From assembly GCA_015493225.1 (NCBI GenBank), contig WGDO01000031.1, positions 1,355-65,354 of the forward strand: a stretch of DNA of 64,000 nt, read 5' to 3'. The translations under genes and the position numbers were made by a program. This DNA is from Patescibacteria group bacterium (GTDB lineage Bacteria; Patescibacteriota; Minisyncoccia; Moranbacterales; DUUL01). Within the stretch, counting starts at the first letter, position 1; each line of letters starts with the position of its first letter. A model generated the notes under the pieces. That model had not been told where the DNA came from, searched no databases, and saw only the letters and a program-made list of their open reading frames with translations. This document shows positions 48,046-57,689 of this stretch, one piece after another.

Positions 48046-48567
48046 TTATTTTTTCTTTTGATGTTTGAGCCAGTTTTCGCGGGTGGGGAGGGATTGGCAG
48101 GCGACGCCATCTTTATTTCCATCCAATCCGTGAATGTCTAATCCATTTGTGGCGCATTTTTCATAAACTTTTTGGGCTTCTTCTTGATATTTAAAATCAT
48201 CGCAATTGTAATTATAGGTTTGTTTTGGGTCACACATTGCTCCCATAATCAAATTTCCATTATCATCCCGGGATATTTTTGATTCTGACCAAGAGTGGGT
48301 CTTTGCTAGCTTTCCGAGGTCAACATCATTATTGGCCATTTCTAGTCCAAGGGCGGCTAAAAGAACGATGATAATTCCGGCGACAAAAATTCTACCTTTT
48401 TCCCAAAAGTAAAATAAGATTCCGGCGATGATCAATAGAAAAGCAATTAGCCCCAGGCGTACTTTTTTATTGCGACGAAGTCCGCTGACGTGTCTTTGTC
48501 TCTTGGAACGTGGTTTAGCTCCTTTTTCATCAATGGGGTCAAATTTTTCTCTTTTTTCTTTTGACAT
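48046..48567 (-). CDS. Membrane-anchored Excalibur (extracellular calcium-binding) domain protein.
   Basis: The C-terminus '[13 protein letters not shown]' fits the DxDxDGxxCE Excalibur motif. Single N-terminal TM helix. Confidence 0.7.
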   Translation of the reverse strand: MSKEKREKFDPIDEKGAKPRSKRQRHVSGLRRNKKVRLGLIAFLLIIAGILFYFWEKGRIFVAGIIIVLLAALGLEMANNDVDLGKLAKTHSWSESKISRDDNGNLIMGAMCDPKQTYNYNCDDFKYQEEAQKVYEKCATNGLDIHGLDGNKDGVACQSLPTRENWLKHQKKK

Positions 48568-48942
48568 TTTTGATTGTTAATTGTTAATTAAGTGATTTAG
48601 AATAATATCTTAAATCAAGTTATTTCTATTGTAACATTGTTGTTTCTATGTTACAATAGGGAACTGGTTTTCTAGTTTTAAGTTTTAAATGAGTTTTGAA
48701 TTTTGAATTTTGATATTCTTTACGATTTATGATTTACGATTTATGATTTATGATTTAAGACTTGTATATTTATGTTAGCGGTATTTTATTAAATGATCAG
48801 CAGTTTTTAAATTGAGTTATTGAAAATTGAATTTAAATTTTAAATTTTAAATTTTAAATTAAAAACTAAATTTATTCTTAATATTTTCTTTATAAAAGAG
48901 TTAGAATTAATAATCTAATATCTAATCATTAATTTTAAAAAC

Positions 48943-49350
48943 ATGTCTGTAAAAGAACGGCAGGAAAGATTAAATATTGGCAATAAAGGCGAAAAGGTGG
49001 CGGCGAATTATTTATTGGCTCAGGGTTATGAGTTATTGGAGGCAAATTATTTTAATGACAAAGGGTATCAATGGGGCGAGATTGATTTGATTGTGAAAAA
49101 TAAACAAGATGATATAGTTTTTGTGGAAGTGAAAACTAGAAAAAATTTTAAGACGGAAAATAATGATGATATTGTGCCAGAAGAAAATATTAACAATGCT
49201 AAAATTATTAAAATTCAAAAATTAGCTTGGATATTTTTAAAAGAAAATGGCTGGGAAGAAAAAAATTGGCGGATTGATGCGGTGGGGGTGATTTTTAATT
49301 ATGTTAGTAGAAAAATTGAGATTAGGCATATTAAATATATTAGAGTATGA
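48943..49350 (+). CDS. YraN/UPF0102-family endonuclease-fold protein with an internal insert.
   Basis: 'GNKGEKVAANYLLAQGYELLEANYF...GEIDLIVKNKQDDIVFVEVKTR' matches UPF0102. Extra acidic insert ~'FKTENNDDIVPEENINN'. Confidence 0.65.
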   Translation: MSVKERQERLNIGNKGEKVAANYLLAQGYELLEANYFNDKGYQWGEIDLIVKNKQDDIVFVEVKTRKNFKTENNDDIVPEENINNAKIIKIQKLAWIFLKENGWEEKNWRIDAVGVIFNYVSRKIEIRHIKYIRV

Positions 49351-49437
49351 GTAAAAAATTTGTCAAGGTGGATAAAATGAGATATTATAAGGGTAGATTT
49401 AAGGAATCTTTTATTTAAGAATTAATTTTATAGTAGT

Positions 49438-50043
49438 ATGAAAAATGATTTGGAAGAATTATTCGGTTCTAAGGAGCGGTGGCGACTTATTAAATTGTTT
49501 GTTTTAAATGATGATAAACAATATACACCCAGAGACATAATTAAACGAAATAGAATGGATGGACGAAAAGCAAGGGGTATTATTCATCAATTAGTGAAGG
49601 CAAAATTTATTAAAGAAAAAATTAAGAAAGGGAAAAAATATTATACTGTTAATAAAGATTTTCCGTTTTTTGGTGGATTGAAACAATTGGTTGTGAAATC
49701 TAATGTTTACCCACAATGTGCCAGTTTAGGAAAAATTGTTAATTTGGGTGATATAAAATTAGGTTTAGTCACGGGAATGTTTTTAGACAATCCTTCTTCT
49801 AAGGCTGATTTGTTGATTGTGGGTGACCATGTTTCTAATGCTAAAATGAAACATTTATTGGAAGATTTGGAGATAGAGTTGGGACGGGAGGTCAATTTTT
49901 CTTTAATGGATATTGCTGAATTTAAATATAGAGTGAATATGTTTGATAAGTTTATTCTGGAATTTTTTGAAGGGCCTCATGAAATGGTTGTGAATAAGGT
50001 TCAAAATGAAATTAGACAATTGAAAAGAGTTAAGAAAATCTAG
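49438..50043 (+). CDS. Hypothetical protein, possibly with an N-terminal wHTH domain.
   Basis: 201 aa. The N-terminus 'RWRLIKLFVLNDDKQYTPRDIIKRNRMDGRKARGIIHQLVKAKFI' is weakly HTH-like. Confidence 0.3.
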   Translation: MKNDLEELFGSKERWRLIKLFVLNDDKQYTPRDIIKRNRMDGRKARGIIHQLVKAKFIKEKIKKGKKYYTVNKDFPFFGGLKQLVVKSNVYPQCASLGKIVNLGDIKLGLVTGMFLDNPSSKADLLIVGDHVSNAKMKHLLEDLEIELGREVNFSLMDIAEFKYRVNMFDKFILEFFEGPHEMVVNKVQNEIRQLKRVKKI

Positions 50044-50115
50044 TAATTTATTTAAAGTAAAGCTTGGTAGAAAGCCCTGTAGAGTTACTCATTTTAAAAA
50101 AATCTAAGTTAAGAT

Positions 50116-50586
50116 ATGAAAAAAGAAAAGATAAAAATTTGGCGAGAATCAATTAGAATGAGTCAGATTTTGCTGTGGAAGGACAAAATAACTGTTACTA
50201 TAATTTATACTAGTGTTTTATTGAATCTTGGTGTTTGGTTGGTAATGGGATGGTTGTTAAAATATAATAGCCAGGGAGTAATTATTGGGCATTACAATGT
50301 GTTTTTTGGAATAGATACAATGGTTGACATGTCTAATGGAACTAGTCAGTGGGAAATATTATTTGTTCCTTTGGGGGGATTGATTTTTTTAGTGTTAAGT
50401 TTTATGATGAGTGTTTTGTTAATGGTACAATTTAATAATTTATCAGAAAAAGTTGATAAAAAAGTCGATAGTTTAATTAGCAATAAATCAATTGGATTTA
50501 TTAGTAGTAGATTATTGTTAATTGGAGCTTGGATTTTACAGTTGATTTTATTGGTGTATAGTTTAATGATTTTGAGAATTAATTAA
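50116..50586 (+). CDS. Small polytopic membrane protein, translationally coupled to the downstream GT2 gene.
   Basis: 4 TM helices. Its stop abuts the start of 50587. Confidence 0.4.
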   Translation: MKKEKIKIWRESIRMSQILLWKDKITVTIIYTSVLLNLGVWLVMGWLLKYNSQGVIIGHYNVFFGIDTMVDMSNGTSQWEILFVPLGGLIFLVLSFMMSVLLMVQFNNLSEKVDKKVDSLISNKSIGFISSRLLLIGAWILQLILLVYSLMILRIN

Positions 50587-52299
50587 ATGTATAAAAAAAA
50601 ATGGGCCTATCCTGACCCAAGAACAACTAATTTAAAAGAACATAGAATACAAAGATTTTGGGAGATTGTGCCCGGTTTTTTGACTTGGTTTACTTTAATT
50701 GGTATGTTTGTTTTTTCGCGTTTTTTTCCAGCCTACGTAGCTATTTTTGTGATAGTTTTTGATTCTTATTGGATTTTACGAACTGTTTATATTTCTTCTT
50801 ATTCGGTGATGGCTTACCGTAAAATGAAAAGATGGGCGGTGATAGATTGGATGCATAGATTGGAAACTATTTTTCGAGGGGATAAGTTATTAGGAGAGTT
50901 AGATGATGAAATTAAAAAAATAAAAAAACAGTTGGAAAATAAAGATTTAAACAGGAAACAGAGAAAATTATTGAAGAGCAAGTTGTTGGAGAGACAAAAT
51001 TTTTTGAAGAGAGCCAAAAAAGATTTAAAACATAAGAATGAATTTTTAGATTGGCATCAAGTTTATCATGTAATGATGTTGCCAAATGCTATTGAAACAG
51101 CGGATAATATTCGTCCGGCTATCCAGTCAATTCTTGATGCTAATTATCCCAAGGATAAAATTATTATTCTTTTGGCTATGGAGGAACGAGAGCCAAAAGA
51201 GAAAAGGGACCAAAAAGAGAAAATTTTACGAAAAGAATTTGGTGATAAATTTTTTGCTTTTGTGTCAACGGTGCATAGGGTTAAAGACAATGAGATGAAA
51301 TGTAAAGCTTCTAACACTACTTACGCTGCTAAAAAGATGAAGAAATTTTTGGAGGAGAAAAATATTCCTTTGGAAAATGTTGTTTTGTCTAATTTGGATT
51401 GTGAAACAAGGGTGCATCCGCAATATTTAGCAGCATTGACTTATTCTTATGTTACTGACCCAAAAAGATTAAGGAGGGCTTATCAACCTTTGCCGGTTTA
51501 TCATAATAATATTTGGGATACAATTGCTCCGGTGAGAATTATTGTTACGGGGTCTTCTTTTTGGCAGATGGTGGAATCAATGCGTCCAGAGCATATGGTA
51601 ACTTTTTCTTCTCATAGTGAACCTTTTAAAACAATAGTTGATATTGGTTATTGGCCGGTAAATGTTATTTCAGAAGACTCGTTGGTTTTTTGGAATGCTT
51701 ATAATTATTTTGATGGAGATTATTTATCTAAGCCAATTTATTTACCAGTTTCCATGGATGCGGTTTTGGGAAATACCTATTGGCATACTATTAAAAATCA
51801 GTACAAACAAAATCATCGTTGGGCCTATGGGATTGAGAATTTACCATTATTGGCGAGAGCTTTTCGGGGAAATAAAAAAATTCCTTTTTTAACAAAAGTG
51901 AAGCATCTGTTTACAATGATAGAGGGTCATTATAGTTGGGCAACTACTTCTTTTATTTTAGCAGTTTTAGGTTGGTTGCCTTTAATTCTTGGTGGGGAAC
52001 ATTTTAATGAATCTGTTTTAGCACATAATCTTCCATTTATTACTAGGGTATTAATGACTTTGGCGATGGTTGGTTTGTTGGTGTCAATGTTTTTGAGTTT
52101 GATTACTTTACCGCCACGACCAAAACATTATAAAAAACGACGATATTTGGGAATGGTTTTTCAATGGATTTTAGCTCCTTTTATTGCTCCATTTTTAGGG
52201 GCGGCGCCGGCGGTACATGCACAAACTAGGTTAATGTTTAAAAAATATATGGGAGAGTTTTGGGTGACGGAGAAGATAGTTAAGAAGTCTGTAAAATAA
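50587..52299 (+). CDS. Processive family-2 glycosyltransferase-like membrane protein (cellulose/chitin/hyaluronan-synthase type motifs).
   Basis: A D/DxD region 'SNLDCET', then 'EDSLVFW' (ED) and 'QNHRWAYG' (QxxRW). There are N- and C-terminal TM helices. Confidence 0.5.
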   Translation: MYKKKWAYPDPRTTNLKEHRIQRFWEIVPGFLTWFTLIGMFVFSRFFPAYVAIFVIVFDSYWILRTVYISSYSVMAYRKMKRWAVIDWMHRLETIFRGDKLLGELDDEIKKIKKQLENKDLNRKQRKLLKSKLLERQNFLKRAKKDLKHKNEFLDWHQVYHVMMLPNAIETADNIRPAIQSILDANYPKDKIIILLAMEEREPKEKRDQKEKILRKEFGDKFFAFVSTVHRVKDNEMKCKASNTTYAAKKMKKFLEEKNIPLENVVLSNLDCETRVHPQYLAALTYSYVTDPKRLRRAYQPLPVYHNNIWDTIAPVRIIVTGSSFWQMVESMRPEHMVTFSSHSEPFKTIVDIGYWPVNVISEDSLVFWNAYNYFDGDYLSKPIYLPVSMDAVLGNTYWHTIKNQYKQNHRWAYGIENLPLLARAFRGNKKIPFLTKVKHLFTMIEGHYSWATTSFILAVLGWLPLILGGEHFNESVLAHNLPFITRVLMTLAMVGLLVSMFLSLITLPPRPKHYKKRRYLGMVFQWILAPFIAPFLGAAPAVHAQTRLMFKKYMGEFWVTEKIVKKSVK

Positions 52300-52509
52300 A
52301 TTTAAAATTTAAAATTTAAAATTTGAATTCAATTTAAAATGATTAAATTTAAAAATAATACTAGTTTAATTTCTAATTTTCAATTTTTAATTTCTAAATA
52401 ATTTTTTAGAAATTGAAAATTAGAAATTAAAAATTGATTGAAAATTTTAAATTTTAAATTTTAAATTGAAGTAAAATGTATAATGCTTAAACTACAAACA
52501 TAAAGAGGT

Positions 52510-53493
52510 ATGGTTAATATTTTTTTTCAAGCATTAATTTTAAGTGGGGTGTTGTTTTTGGTTGGGACAAAGATATGGAAGAATAAATTTAAAAGATGGG
52601 GAGGGATTGTTTTGGTGTTGGTATTTGTGTGTTTGGTTTTGACTCATCGAGAGTTAGAATTAACTAAACAATTACAGGGAATTTTAGTTGGTAGTTTATT
52701 TATATTGGGATTCGGTTGGTGGGATGATTTGCGAAATCTATCTTGGAGACAACAGTTACTGGGACAAATATTTCTGGTGATAATTTTACTTTTCTTTGGT
52801 TTTCGGGTGGAGTATTTACATGGAATTTATAATTTTGGTTTTCACTTGGATAAAATATTTTTGGGAGGAGTGTCTGTTTTAAGTGCTATTTTTATATTTT
52901 TTTGGATAATGGGAAGTATTAATGCGATGAATTGGTTAGATGGAGTAGATTCTTCTTTGGGAATAGTAGCTTTATTTGGTGGATTAAGCATTGGGTTTGT
53001 TAGTTTATTACCGGAAGTTAATCAGCCAGCTATTGCAATCTTGGTTAGTATCTTTTTAGGGTCGATGGTTGGATTTTTATTATTTAATTTACCACCGGCA
53101 AAAGTAGAAGCGGGAACAGTGGGAAGTTATTTTGTTGGTTTTGTGTTGGCTAGTTTGGCAATTATGGCTGGGAGTAAAATTATCACAATGATGATAATCT
53201 TTATTTTACCAATGATGGACTTTGCCTTGGTAATCGTTAATAGATGGCGACGGGGAGTTTCTATTCTTCAAAAGGACCATAGTCATTTACACTATCGTTT
53301 GCGAGCGTTAGGTTGGAGTGATTTAAGAATTTTTTTAACCTATGGAATATTTTTAGGAACGGTATTGGTTTTGTATATTTGGCTACCAACCAGGGAAGCG
53401 AGATTTTATTTGTTGTTGGGGGAGATGATTGTGGTGGGAGGAGGGATAGGGTTTATAAAGTCTGTAAAGTCGAAAGTCGAAAGTCTAAAATAA
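52510..53493 (+). CDS. Glycosyltransferase family 4 (MraY/WecA-type) polyprenyl-phosphate sugar-phosphate transferase.
   Basis: 'GSINAMNWLDGVDS' matches the N(L/A)xDGxDGL motif. It has about 10 TM helices. The C-terminus ends in a repeat-derived 'KSVKSKVESLK'. Confidence 0.65.
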   Translation: MVNIFFQALILSGVLFLVGTKIWKNKFKRWGGIVLVLVFVCLVLTHRELELTKQLQGILVGSLFILGFGWWDDLRNLSWRQQLLGQIFLVIILLFFGFRVEYLHGIYNFGFHLDKIFLGGVSVLSAIFIFFWIMGSINAMNWLDGVDSSLGIVALFGGLSIGFVSLLPEVNQPAIAILVSIFLGSMVGFLLFNLPPAKVEAGTVGSYFVGFVLASLAIMAGSKIITMMIIFILPMMDFALVIVNRWRRGVSILQKDHSHLHYRLRALGWSDLRIFLTYGIFLGTVLVLYIWLPTREARFYLLLGEMIVVGGGIGFIKSVKSKVESLK

Positions 53494-53641
53494 ATTTTAA
53501 ATTTTAAGTTTTAAATTTTAAATGAATAGCTAATTTTGAATTTTAAATTTTTAATAAAGTTTATTGGTGTGCATTTAATATTAAAAATTAGTTATTCAAA
53601 ACTCATTTAAAACTTAAAACTTAAAATTTAAAACTAGTTTT

Positions 53642-54100
53642 ATGTTTAATAAAACCTTTAAATTCAAAGATATAGTTGGAATAACGCTGGTGATTTTAGC
53701 ATTGGTTGTTTTTTTGACTCAGAATGCTTTTTGGAAAGGGAGGAGCGGGACAGAGCAGACTATCTTGAAGATTGGGGGAAATGAATTACGAGTTGAAATT
53801 GCTGATGACGAGAAGGAGAGATATCAAGGGCTGAGTGGGAAGCAACAATTGAGCGATGAAGAAGGAATGTTATTTATACATCCAAAAGCAGATATGCACA
53901 AATATGTGATGAGGGGTATGAAGTTTGATTTAGATTTTATTTTTATTAAAGATGGTAAGGTGGTAGATATTGCTAAAAATGTTTCAATGGGGTATAAAGG
54001 AATAGTGCAGGGAGCGACGGAGTATGATGAAATTTTGGAAGTTCCGGCAGGATGGTGTAACCGAAGGGGGGTAAAGTTGGGGGATAAAGTTGTTAAATGA
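53642..54100 (+). CDS. DUF192 (COG1430) family protein.
   Basis: 'MLFIHPKADMHKYVMRGMKFDLDFIFIKDGKVVDI' matches the conserved DUF192 core. Signal/TM N-terminus. Confidence 0.6.
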   Translation: MFNKTFKFKDIVGITLVILALVVFLTQNAFWKGRSGTEQTILKIGGNELRVEIADDEKERYQGLSGKQQLSDEEGMLFIHPKADMHKYVMRGMKFDLDFIFIKDGKVVDIAKNVSMGYKGIVQGATEYDEILEVPAGWCNRRGVKLGDKVVK

Positions 54101-54431
54101 TATGCAATTTATTGAGCCGAAAAATGATCGAAATTATTTGTGGACGTCGCATTCTAAGCGAAAGTTGTTTCAGTATGGTTTGGGCCCGGGGGCAGTTAAA
54201 AGGGTGATGAGGTATCCAGACCGGAAAGAAGAGGGAATTGCTGAAAAAACGGTGGCGGTGATGAAAGATAAGTCTACTAAGTCTGCTAATAAGGAGTTGT
54301 GGGTGATGTATCAGATTGTGAAAGGCAAAAAAAGAGTTATTTCTGCTTGGATTTATCCTGGAAAAACGGAACCGGGGGCGGAAATTTATGTGCCGGATGA
54401 GGTTTGGGAGGAGATACAAAAGAAATTTTAA
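54090..54431 (+). CDS. Hypothetical protein, possibly a DUF4258/RelE-fold-like small protein.
   Basis: 113 aa. The 'WTSHSKRKLFQYGLGPGAVKRVM...VISAWIY' pattern resembles DUF4258, but this is unverified. It overlaps the DUF192 stop by 11 nt. Confidence 0.25.
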   Translation: MLNDMQFIEPKNDRNYLWTSHSKRKLFQYGLGPGAVKRVMRYPDRKEEGIAEKTVAVMKDKSTKSANKELWVMYQIVKGKKRVISAWIYPGKTEPGAEIYVPDEVWEEIQKKF

Positions 54432-54529
54432 GTTTTAAATTTTAAGTTTTAAATGAATATTCAATTTTGAATTTTAAATTTTAAATTTTTAATTCAATTT
54501 TTAATGATTAAATTTTAAATTTTCTGTTT

Positions 54530-54640
54530 CTACGAATTTATGAATCAACTACGAATTTACGAATTACTCACTGCGTTCGTTATGTGGGATTTGTAAATTT
54601 GTAGTTGATTTGTAGATTTGTGGTGATTGTAAGTTGTAAG
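54530..54640. repeat. 'tacgaattactcactgcgttcg(c/t)tatgt' core element, copy 3, with inverted arms.
   Basis: 'ctacgaatttatgaatcaactacgaatttacgaattactcactgcgttcgttatgtgggatttgtaaatttgtagttgatttgtagatttgtgg'. Confidence 0.7.
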
Positions 54641-54751
54641 CTAGAAAAGGTTGGGGGTGGATTTCAATTCTTAAAATCCCCCCTCAATCCCCCCCCCTTA
54701 CAAAGGGGGGAAGCTAGAAAAGTAGCAAATAATTAAAATAAGTATAAACAA

Positions 54752-55090
54752 ATGAAAATAGCTAATGAAAAATTTACAGAGGCTTTTGAGGAGGTTATTT
54801 TGAGTGTGGCTGATGGAATAATGGAAGGGGATTATTTAAAGATTAAAGCCAGCAGTTCCCAGGAGCAATTGTATGAATTTAAGGAATTTAGAGGAGCTTT
54901 TCAGCAAAGATTAAAATTATTTTATTGGCGGAAATTTATGGAATTTAAAAAAAAGGGGAAAGAAAAGTTTTTTCCAGGAGATTTAGATGAAGTTGAAAAA
55001 GATATTTATTTTATGTATATTCAATTTAAAGATTTTTTGCGAAAGCAACGGGAGAGATTGGATTTGCCGTTGGGATTTTTGGAGGAATAG
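54752..55090 (+). CDS. Hypothetical protein.
   Basis: 112-aa ORF with no motif. Confidence 0.3.
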   Translation: MKIANEKFTEAFEEVILSVADGIMEGDYLKIKASSSQEQLYEFKEFRGAFQQRLKLFYWRKFMEFKKKGKEKFFPGDLDEVEKDIYFMYIQFKDFLRKQRERLDLPLGFLEE

Positions 55091-55303
55091 ATGTAATGAG
55101 GGGCTGTTTAATTTACCCCCTGTCTAAAGGGGGTCAAAATTCGAGGAACGAGAATTTTTTGGGGTTTTTCTGTTTGTTACTTAAAAACCCCCGAAGCCTG
55201 AACAAATTCTTTTTATTCCGCTTCGCTGACGCTACGCGGACTAAAAAGAATTTATCCAGCCTTCCGCCCCCTTTAAAAAGGGGGCAACTTGGAATCAATG
55301 GTT

Positions 55304-56449
55304 TTACATATGGTCTAAAAAGTTATCAACTAACGCAAGGATTTTTTCAAGGTTATTTTCCCAAATAATTCTTTGGTCTCGTTTAAACCAAGTGCGTTGG
55401 CGTTTAGCGTAGTTTTTCTCAGCGAAGTAGACTCGTTTAATTAGCTCTTCTTTAGCTTGAATTGGGTCGGTGATAATATTTTTCTGGTCATCAAGCAGTT
55501 TGTTTTGGAGATAAAGAGGTATCCAATAGTAGGCTAGACCAAAAGCTTGAATTTCTTCCCAACTTATTTTGTATTTTTCTTTTAGATTTTTTATTTCTTT
55601 AATCATTCCATCAGTCCAACGACTTTCCAGTCGTTTTTTTATTTTTTCCGCTAATTTATCTTTGGGCCAATCTAAACCAACCTGAAGGAAGTCGATATTT
55701 TTAGGAGCATTCTTTTTTATTTTTGGTATGGTTCCTAGTTCTTCACATATTTCTAAAGCACGAATTAGGCGGAACTTATTTTTGGGATCAATGTTTTTGG
55801 CACGGTCCGGGTCTTTCTTTTGTAGTATTTTAAATAATTCATCAGTATTTTTCTTTTCTAGTTTCACTCTCAGTTTTTTATTTGGTTTTACTTCCGGGAA
55901 AATAGTGTTATCAACTACGGCGGAGATCCAAAAACCGGTACCGCCACAAAGAATAGGGATTTTATTTTCTTGATTAATTTTCTTAATTAGTTGTAGGCAA
56001 TTTTTTTGGAAATTAGTTACAGAATATTTTTTATCTTCTTGGGAGTGGGTGGTCGGACTTACAAAATCAACAAGATGATGGGGGATGTTTTTGTAAATAA
56101 AGATTTTTTTTGATTTTTCAGACGCTTTGCCTGCCTTATTGGCAGGTGAACCTGCTTCATCTAGTTTACCGGCAGGTGAACTTCCGAAATCAGTTATTAA
56201 TTTTTCAGAAGCAAGGCTTCTGAAATTTCTGGGATTTTTAATTTCTTTCCATTCTCCCTCGACTTTTCCTGTGCCTAAATCCATGTCTTTATAAATCTGC
56301 CTAGAGTCAACAGAAATAATTTCACTTTTTTTACTAACATCTTTTTCCAATTTTTTCGCAAGTCTAACAGCCAGGTCTGATTTACCTGACGAAGTCGGTC
56401 CGAGAATAACAATGACTTTGGTTTTTTTCATATACGATTGATAAGTCAA
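55304..56449 (-). CDS. miaA: tRNA dimethylallyltransferase with a ~45-aa repeat-derived insertion.
   Basis: P-loop 'ILGPTSSGKSDLAVRLAKKL' and 'ISVDSRQIYKDMDLGTGKV'. The insert 'FRSLASEKLITDFGSSPAGKLDEAGSPANKAGKASEKSKK' is encoded by 'ccggcaggtgaac' repeats and the palindrome 'ttcagaagcaaggcttctgaaa' (~56100-56235). Confidence 0.85.
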   Translation of the reverse strand: MTYQSYMKKTKVIVILGPTSSGKSDLAVRLAKKLEKDVSKKSEIISVDSRQIYKDMDLGTGKVEGEWKEIKNPRNFRSLASEKLITDFGSSPAGKLDEAGSPANKAGKASEKSKKIFIYKNIPHHLVDFVSPTTHSQEDKKYSVTNFQKNCLQLIKKINQENKIPILCGGTGFWISAVVDNTIFPEVKPNKKLRVKLEKKNTDELFKILQKKDPDRAKNIDPKNKFRLIRALEICEELGTIPKIKKNAPKNIDFLQVGLDWPKDKLAEKIKKRLESRWTDGMIKEIKNLKEKYKISWEEIQAFGLAYYWIPLYLQNKLLDDQKNIITDPIQAKEELIKRVYFAEKNYAKRQRTWFKRDQRIIWENNLEKILALVDNFLDHM

Positions 56450-56523
56450 TAAATAACAAATTAGAATCTTAAAATTAAAATCAGTAATTAATAAAGTGGG
56501 TTTAAATCAAAATTGTCAGTGGT

Positions 56524-56553
56524 ATTATGATATTATTGATAATATCATAATAG
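56524..56553. promoter_or_regulatory. 30-nt near-perfect AT-rich palindrome, a candidate operator in a divergent promoter region.
   Basis: 'tattatgatattattgataatatcataata' sits between miaA (-) and the 56731 gene (+). Confidence 0.3.
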
Positions 56554-56730
56554 ATTATCGACGGATAAAAATGATAAATTAAAAATCTAGTCTATGTTAA
56601 AAGTTTACTTTAGTTATGGGTAATCGTCAATGAGTTAAGTGCTTGGGAGCGAAGTATCGGTTCTTCATGTGCTTGCATTAATTGGGCAATCAGAGTAATA
56701 TTTTGATAGAGGGAAGTTTTTTTTTATGAA

Positions 56731-57033
56731 TTGTTAACTCCTGTTCTTACAGGAGAGGGAGCTAGCATGAAAAAAGCATTTTGGTTAGTAGTTGGAACTT
56801 TGGCAGCCATTGCTGTGGGAGTTGCTGCGTTCGACAGGCAGTTTATCCCATGGTTGATATCAGGAATTATTGCCGCATGTATTTATGCGACCGATAGAAC
56901 TCTAGGAATAGGCGGGTTTGCCTATTCTCCAAAAGACCGAGTGCTGGCAGTGCTCATGGCGATTTTAATAGTTATTGCGGGTCCGTTTGGGGTAGAGATT
57001 TCGTTACTGTGTCATTATGAGGATTACTTGTGA
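56731..57033 (+). CDS. Small membrane protein.
   Basis: 100 aa with 3 TM helices. Confidence 0.35.
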   Translation: MLTPVLTGEGASMKKAFWLVVGTLAAIAVGVAAFDRQFIPWLISGIIAACIYATDRTLGIGGFAYSPKDRVLAVLMAILIVIAGPFGVEISLLCHYEDYL

Positions 57034-57181
57034 TGTCACGATATTTTTTGGCAGAGTTGAAATTCAACTCTGCCCATCTTTTTTAATTATTATAACCTTC
57101 GTCATTACTTGCTTTTTGGTTGGGGATGGTGTTATTATAGAATGAGGGAGGAAAGGGTATTAATTGGCATTTAGTTTTTAA

Positions 57182-57616
57182 TTGATGAAGATAAAATTAA
57201 TAGTAGTGGGGAAAATGCATCAGCCGTTTTTGGGGTTGGTGGAGCAGTATTTGAAACAATGTGGACGATTTCAAGTGGCGGTGGAGTTGGTAGAATTAAA
57301 GGAGGATAAAAAAGTGGAGGAGAGGATTTTGCTTAAGACGGAGAAAAATTTCTTGATTTTATTGGATGAGAATGGTCGGGAGAAAACTTCTCAAGAATTG
57401 GCGAAATTTTTTGAAGAAAAAATGATGGGCGGACGAGATTTGGCATTGGTGATTGGAGGAGCAGATGGGCACAGCGAGACACTAAAACAGCAAGCAGATT
57501 TTTTATTGTCTTTATCGCAGTTGACTTTACCTCATGAATTAGCGACAGTGGTTTGTGCAGAAACAATTTATCGTAGTTTAAGTATTTTAAAAGGACACCC
57601 GTATCATCGAGGATAG
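57182..57616 (+). CDS. rlmH: 23S rRNA (pseudouridine1915-N3)-methyltransferase RlmH-like SPOUT protein.
   Basis: An N-terminal 'KIKLIVVGKM' start, typical size, and a SPOUT-like C-terminus. No canonical 'GxxYHRE' ending was seen. Confidence 0.55.
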   Translation: MMKIKLIVVGKMHQPFLGLVEQYLKQCGRFQVAVELVELKEDKKVEERILLKTEKNFLILLDENGREKTSQELAKFFEEKMMGGRDLALVIGGADGHSETLKQQADFLLSLSQLTLPHELATVVCAETIYRSLSILKGHPYHRG

Positions 57617-57689
57617 CTTATTAAAACTTATTTAGATGTCGGACGTCTAAGTGGATTTAAGTTTAATTAATAAATAATTTAGAAATATT

